In this document: one piece after another, positions 35,447-39,235 of the stretch
How positions within the stretch are numbered: the first letter of the stretch is position 1
Layout of the letters: each line of letters begins with the position of its first letter
NCBI GenBank assembly: GCA_049970015.1
Contig: JBMFNT010000003.1
Location: 1-39,235, forward strand
DNA from: Candidatus Micrarchaeia archaeon
GTDB taxonomy: Archaea; Micrarchaeota; Micrarchaeia; CAILAH01
Direction of reading: 5' to 3'
Length of the DNA: 39,235 bases
Translations under genes and position numbers: made by a program
Notes under the pieces: model-generated
Databases searched by the model: none
What the model was told of the DNA's origin: nothing
What the model saw: the letters and a program-made list of their open reading frames with translations, nothing else

Positions 35447-35470
35447 TAAAGAAAAATTGCTTAAGCTTAT
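35433..35470. repeat. Dispersed 38-nt repeat, copy B (last 4 sense codons + stop of mvk, plus 24 nt downstream)
   Basis: gagagaactgttgataaagaaaaattgcttaagcttat matches 32318-32355 at 37/38 positions. The mvk TGA (35444-35446) lies inside the repeat. Confidence 0.9.
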
Positions 35471-35521
35471 GAGCTTGCGGAAGCATAAACTAAAGATTGT
35501 ATGGAAAACTTAAAAATTCTC

Positions 35522-35998
35522 TCAAATTGACTCTAATATTGCCTCAAACTTTGACTCGTGCTGTTCCTCTTCAGACATTATGTGAAGTATGAGGTTATAT
35601 GTTGTTGGGTCAGAATCCTTAACTGCTCCAGCTATCTTCATGTAGGTTTTTATTGCACAGCTTTCGGATGATATTGCATCCTTGATTGATTTCTGAGGGT
35701 TTCTTGAAGGTTCACTAAAACCACAGTTGGTCTTCTCCATGAGTCGCTTGGGGTTGATTACAGAAGTTGTGCTGCCAAGCTCAATCATACGCCTACCCAG
35801 TTCATCTATGTGCTCAAGCTCCTCCTTAGCAATCTCCTCAAACACATCTGCTGCAAACTTGCTCCCTTTTCCCCTCACTACTACTGCAGCAAATTTGTAC
35901 TGCATAAACGCAAGCCATTCATCCGCAATCGCGGAGTCAAGCAAACGAAGTATTTCATCCATCTTCTTCTTTCCCAGCACCTTCTCCATTGTTGTCAT
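35522..35998 (-). CDS. Ferritin-like di-iron protein (Dps-like/bacterioferritin-like)
   Basis: Two ExxH ligands in helices (EELEHIDEL and EEEQHESKF) in a four-helix-bundle-sized 158-aa protein. Confidence 0.7.
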   Translation of the reverse strand: MTTMEKVLGKKKMDEILRLLDSAIADEWLAFMQYKFAAVVVRGKGSKFAADVFEEIAKEELEHIDELGRRMIELGSTTSVINPKRLMEKTNCGFSEPSRNPQKSIKDAISSESCAIKTYMKIAGAVKDSDPTTYNLILHIMSEEEQHESKFEAILESI

Positions 35999-36061
35999 TT
36001 ATTACCACCATTATTCTTTTAGTTCTAAAAATTTATAAATTTGTTTGAATAGTAATAATAT

Positions 36062-36487
36062 ATGGTTCGAATTTCAAATATTCAGCTAATAGAATTGCTA
36101 GAAAGGCATGGAAGAATGCCTTACCTGACAATTGCAAAAAGGCTTGGCGTAAGCGAGACTGCAGTAAGGAAGAGAGTAAAGGCATTGGAGAAAGAAGGAG
36201 TAATAGAGGGGTTCACAATACTGGTAAATCCAAAGAAGCTCGGGTACGAGATAAGGGCAATAATTGGGATAGATGCTCCACCAGAAAGATATATGGAAAT
36301 AATGGAACTGCTTAAGGTAGACCCTAATGTTAGGAGGATGTACATCTCAAGTGGGGACCATATGTTTATGGCAGAGTGCTGGTTTAAGGATAGCGAGGAA
36401 ATGGCAACATTTATAAAAACATTAAATCAGAAAGAAGGAATAGTGAAAGTATGCCCAGCAATCATACACGAGATAGTAAAATGCTGA
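36062..36487 (+). CDS. Lrp/AsnC family transcriptional regulator
   Basis: HTH LIELLERHGRMPYLTIAKRLGVSETAVRKRVKALEKEGVIEGF followed by a RAM/ACT-like domain. Confidence 0.9.
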   Translation: MVRISNIQLIELLERHGRMPYLTIAKRLGVSETAVRKRVKALEKEGVIEGFTILVNPKKLGYEIRAIIGIDAPPERYMEIMELLKVDPNVRRMYISSGDHMFMAECWFKDSEEMATFIKTLNQKEGIVKVCPAIIHEIVKC

Positions 36488-36795
36488 TGCAAAGAAAAAA
36501 GAAGAGTGGAAAACATGCTTTTGAGAGGTATTTTATGGATACGGTTAAGGAAGGTAAGGTTGAGGATGTAAAGCATTTCATAGAAATGGGTGTAAACATA
36601 AATATAAAGGATAAATATGGCAGAACAGCTCTCATGCATGCAATACTGAGAGATGATATTGAAATGGTAAGATTACTCATAGAAAATGGGGCCGATCTTA
36701 ATGCAACAGATATGTATGGTAGGACTGTGCTCGAGATAGCAGATGAGAATGATTATGAGATTGCTGAAATCATAAAGAGAAAAATGAAAGATTGA
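36481..36795 (+). CDS. Ankyrin-repeat protein
   Basis: Two clear ANK repeats (DKYGRTALMHAILRDDIEMVRLLIENGADLNATDMYGRTVLEIA). Start set at ATG 36481, overlapping the Lrp stop by 7 nt; the listed start is 36451. Confidence 0.75.
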   Translation: MLMQRKKKSGKHAFERYFMDTVKEGKVEDVKHFIEMGVNINIKDKYGRTALMHAILRDDIEMVRLLIENGADLNATDMYGRTVLEIADENDYEIAEIIKRKMKD

Positions 36796-36984
36796 TTATT
36801 TTACTACTTTCTCTCTTATAACTTCTTCAGCAAGCAGCATCATCTTATTGAACAACTTATTTCTTATAGATATTACCTTTGCTGCTTGTTTCGGTTTATT
36901 ATTTTCGACACATTTCACAGCAAGCGCATAAGAGCGTGCAAGGCCATTTTCAAGCTGTTTATACCTAATAGATGAAGAAAACAT
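36796..36984 (-). CDS. Hypothetical small protein
   Basis: 62-aa helical ORF filling the gap between the ankyrin gene and radA. No other support. Confidence 0.25.
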   Translation of the reverse strand: MFSSSIRYKQLENGLARSYALAVKCVENNKPKQAAKVISIRNKLFNKMMLLAEEVIREKVVK

Positions 36985-37069
36985 TTGCTCACACTCCTTT
37001 ATTACATTGGAAATTTACACTGAAAACCTTTTAAATAATGCATTTATCAAAGAAATAGCGGGTGTTCGG

Positions 37070-38077
37070 ATGGCTGAGGAAATGATTGATTTTGAGAGTG
37101 AAGAGTATGCTGAGGAGGAAATTAGTGAGGGGAAGCCTTCACCAAAAAGATTGGAGGATTTGCCTGGAGTTGGAAAGGCAACTGCAGAAAAGCTAAGGAA
37201 GGCTGGGTATGATGGGTTTGATAGGATTGCGGCTGCATCTGCATATGAATTGAGCGAGATTGCTGAGATTGGAGTTGAAACTGCCAAAAAGGTTATTGCT
37301 GCTGCGCGTGATGCGCTTGAGATGGGATTTGAGAGTGCAGATAAGATTTTGGAAAGGAGAAAGAATATTGCAAAGATTACAACTGGGTCTAAGGAGCTTG
37401 ACAAATTGCTTGGTGGTGGTATTGAAACACAGGCGATAAGTGAGTTTTACGGAAAGTTTTCAAGTGGAAAGAGTCAGGTGGGATTCCAGCTTGCTGTGAA
37501 TGTACAGCTTCCTGTAGAAGAGGGGGGGCTTGGGGGTAGCTGCCTGTTCATAGATACAGAATCTACATTCAGGCCGGAAAGGGTTGTGCAGATAGCTGAG
37601 GCAAAGAATATGGACCCACAGAAAGTGTTAAAGAACATATATGTAGCGCGTGCTGTTAATTCCGACCACCAGATATTACTTGCAGAGAAAGCGGAGGAGT
37701 ACATAAAGGAGAAAAATGTGAAGCTTGTAATTGTTGATTCTATGATGTCTCAGTTCAGGAGTGATTATACTGGGAGGGGTTCACTGGGAGAAAGGCAACA
37801 GAAGCTGAATAAGCATCTGCACCAGCTGCAAAAGCTTGCAGATATGTATAATATAGCAGTGTATATAACAAATCAGGTTATGGACAGACCAGATATACTG
37901 TTTGGTGATCCAACATCACCGGTTGGTGGGCATGTGCTTGCGCATAATGCCACTTACAGGATATATCTGAGAAAAGGAAAGAATGAGAAGAGGATTGCAC
38001 GACTTGTTGATTCTCCAAACCTGCCAGAGGGAGAAGCGATATTTGCTGTTACAGAGAATGGGATTGAGGATGCATAA
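37070..38077 (+). CDS. radA: DNA repair and recombination protein RadA
   Basis: Hh[21 protein letters not shown], Walker [10 protein letters not shown], Walker [13 protein letters not shown], and the C-terminal GGHVLAH region. ATG 37070 lies 32-41 nt downstream of ttttaaataa; the listed start at 37007 runs through the promoter. Confidence 0.9.
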   Translation: MAEEMIDFESEEYAEEEISEGKPSPKRLEDLPGVGKATAEKLRKAGYDGFDRIAAASAYELSEIAEIGVETAKKVIAAARDALEMGFESADKILERRKNIAKITTGSKELDKLLGGGIETQAISEFYGKFSSGKSQVGFQLAVNVQLPVEEGGLGGSCLFIDTESTFRPERVVQIAEAKNMDPQKVLKNIYVARAVNSDHQILLAEKAEEYIKEKNVKLVIVDSMMSQFRSDYTGRGSLGERQQKLNKHLHQLQKLADMYNIAVYITNQVMDRPDILFGDPTSPVGGHVLAHNATYRIYLRKGKNEKRIARLVDSPNLPEGEAIFAVTENGIEDA

Positions 38078-38150
38078 GTCTAATTCTTAGTTTCTTTTAC
38101 ACAGTACACTAAGCAAAAAATTTAAATATAGATTACATCTCAAGTATAGC

Positions 38151-39044
38151 ATGGGTATTTTTAGCAAGTGGTTTGGGGGTAAGAAAAAGGAAAATAGGGA
38201 AGAAATACAAGAAATTATAAGACAGAAAGAAAATGCAGAGAAGAAAAGGCAGTTTAACAAGGCCAAGGAAGAAAATAAAATAGAAAAAAGTTTTAGGGAG
38301 ATTATACCTCTGCAAACTGTATTCAAATCTAGCAGCATAATGCACGAAATCAAATGTAATTCAGAAGTTAAAAAGATCATAATTGCAAACGAGAATGAGC
38401 TGCCAAAAGAGTTTGGAATGCTCCTGCCTACACTTGATGGGAATTACATAATAAGCGCTTATAGAATAAGTAAGGTGGAGGTTTCAACTGAGGTTAGGAG
38501 AAATAATGTGGATAGTGAAGTGCTCAACAAGCTCATACTGGAATACAACGAGCATATTCCATTTTATATGTTTGGGGAAAAAGAACTTGAAGTGCTTAAC
38601 AAAATCATTGAATGGGCAAAAGTAAATAGGAATATTGAATTACAGCTTCCGCCAACATCAAACTTGGAAAAGAATGCACTAAGCGAAATTCTTGACTCTG
38701 CCGAAATACTCTACATGAGCGATAGTCTTTCAAGGAATTTTACGCTTAATAAGTTAATTGCATTGACTAAAAATGTAAAGAAAATTAGCAATAACAAAAT
38801 GGTCCTGAACGTTGAAAATGCATCCGCAAAAATAAGAATAAATTATATATTAATTGACATTGGAAGCAGAAAGCTTGCAAGAAAGAATGATCCGTTCACT
38901 GTCGCAGAGCTGTACGATGTTGATCCTGCGTTCATAGACATGGACCCACGTAGGCTTCAAAACATGGTCTACGAATCAATAGTCATAATGAAAAGGGATG
39001 GTAATGTGGCAGTTCTTATACCATACTCAAAAAGCAAGATATAG
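38151..39044 (+). CDS. Hypothetical protein (K/E-rich N-terminus, 297 aa)
   Basis: Long AT-rich ORF. No motif recognised. Confidence 0.45.
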   Translation: MGIFSKWFGGKKKENREEIQEIIRQKENAEKKRQFNKAKEENKIEKSFREIIPLQTVFKSSSIMHEIKCNSEVKKIIIANENELPKEFGMLLPTLDGNYIISAYRISKVEVSTEVRRNNVDSEVLNKLILEYNEHIPFYMFGEKELEVLNKIIEWAKVNRNIELQLPPTSNLEKNALSEILDSAEILYMSDSLSRNFTLNKLIALTKNVKKISNNKMVLNVENASAKIRINYILIDIGSRKLARKNDPFTVAELYDVDPAFIDMDPRRLQNMVYESIVIMKRDGNVAVLIPYSKSKI

Positions 39045-39051
39045 ATAATAC

Positions 39052-39235
39052 TTAGTTCCATTGGCACTTGTTCTCAAAACAGATGCATTGCAGCCCGTAT
39101 GGCTGTGGGTTGTAGCATGCCCTGTACTCACAGGTTGTTATTACTGGTTCCTCGGCCTTTGACTGGCAAACCTGTCCGCTGCATCCACCTGATAAACAAT
39201 CATCATCAGTATTGCATGGGCCATAGGTTGATTTA
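39052..39235 (-). CDS. Cys-rich extracellular-type domain protein, 5'-partial (only the C-terminal 60 aa are in the window; absent from the ORF track)
   Basis: The minus-strand frame reads KSTYGPCNTDDDCLSGGCSGQVCQSKAEEPVITTCEYRACYNPQPYGLQCICFENKCQWN* with a TAA at 39054-39052. The eight regularly spaced Cys resemble the eight-cysteine-cluster domain seen in archaeal and bacterial secreted proteins. Confidence 0.5.
   Translation of the reverse strand, partial: KSTYGPCNTDDDCLSGGCSGQVCQSKAEEPVITTCEYRACYNPQPYGLQCICFENKCQWN

Noticed and set aside
1-39235. A search by eye for CRISPR arrays, rRNA genes, transposases, integrases and IS-type terminal inverted repeats.
   Set aside because: None was found. 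The only DNA-mobility-like element is the resolvase-type HTH at 11949-12131, and it lacks a catalytic domain.

Overview
This is a gene-dense archaeal chromosomal segment of about 60 genes on both strands. There are many 1-4 nt start/stop overlaps, AT-rich TATA-like boxes 25-35 nt upstream of likely starts, and occasional GGAGG-type ribosome-binding sites.

Housekeeping content dominates:
- **Isoprenoid and ether-lipid synthesis:** an HMG-CoA synthase / thiolase / DUF35 operon, mevalonate kinase, geranylgeranyl reductase with a ferredoxin, and CDP-archaeol synthase.
- **Information processing:** RadA, PriS with a GINS-like gene, an XPD helicase and RpoK. Also the conserved L44e-S27e-aIF2alpha-Nop10-PAC2 cluster, an Sm protein, prefoldin beta, a Pcc1-like gene and a DHH phosphoesterase.
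- **Others:** PdaD, a PEBP-family protein, SppA, an Lrp regulator, and ferritin-like and thioredoxin-like proteins.

S27e, Nop10 and a 5'-partial Cys-rich CDS at the right edge are real-looking genes that the ORF track does not list.

The most notable items are:
1. A tRNA-Arg(CCU) split by two introns: a canonical 37/38 intron and a strict bulge-helix-bulge intron at T-loop position 59/60. It lies 2.3 kb from a single-chain three-unit tRNA splicing endonuclease of the type reported from ARMAN-2/Micrarchaeota. This suggests a DPANN (Micrarchaeota-like) origin.
2. A translationally coupled gene pair. The first gene fuses a KaiC/RecA-like domain lacking its P-loop lysine to an intact small GTPase. 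The second is a KaiC-like protein with degenerate Walker A and B motifs.
3. A small accessory islet between that pair and priS. It holds an AbiEi/AbiEii-like wHTH + nucleotidyltransferase cassette bracketed by 29-bp direct repeats with a palindromic core, plus an orphan protein with a peptidoglycan-binding-like motif.
4. A 360-bp-period, 347/348-identical tandem duplication inside a surface-protein gene.
5. A 38-nt, 37/38-identical copy of an internal XPD segment that supplies the stop codon of mevalonate kinase.

No CRISPR array, rRNA, transposase or integrase was seen. All family calls rest on motif recognition by eye and not on searches. Start codons are often uncertain.
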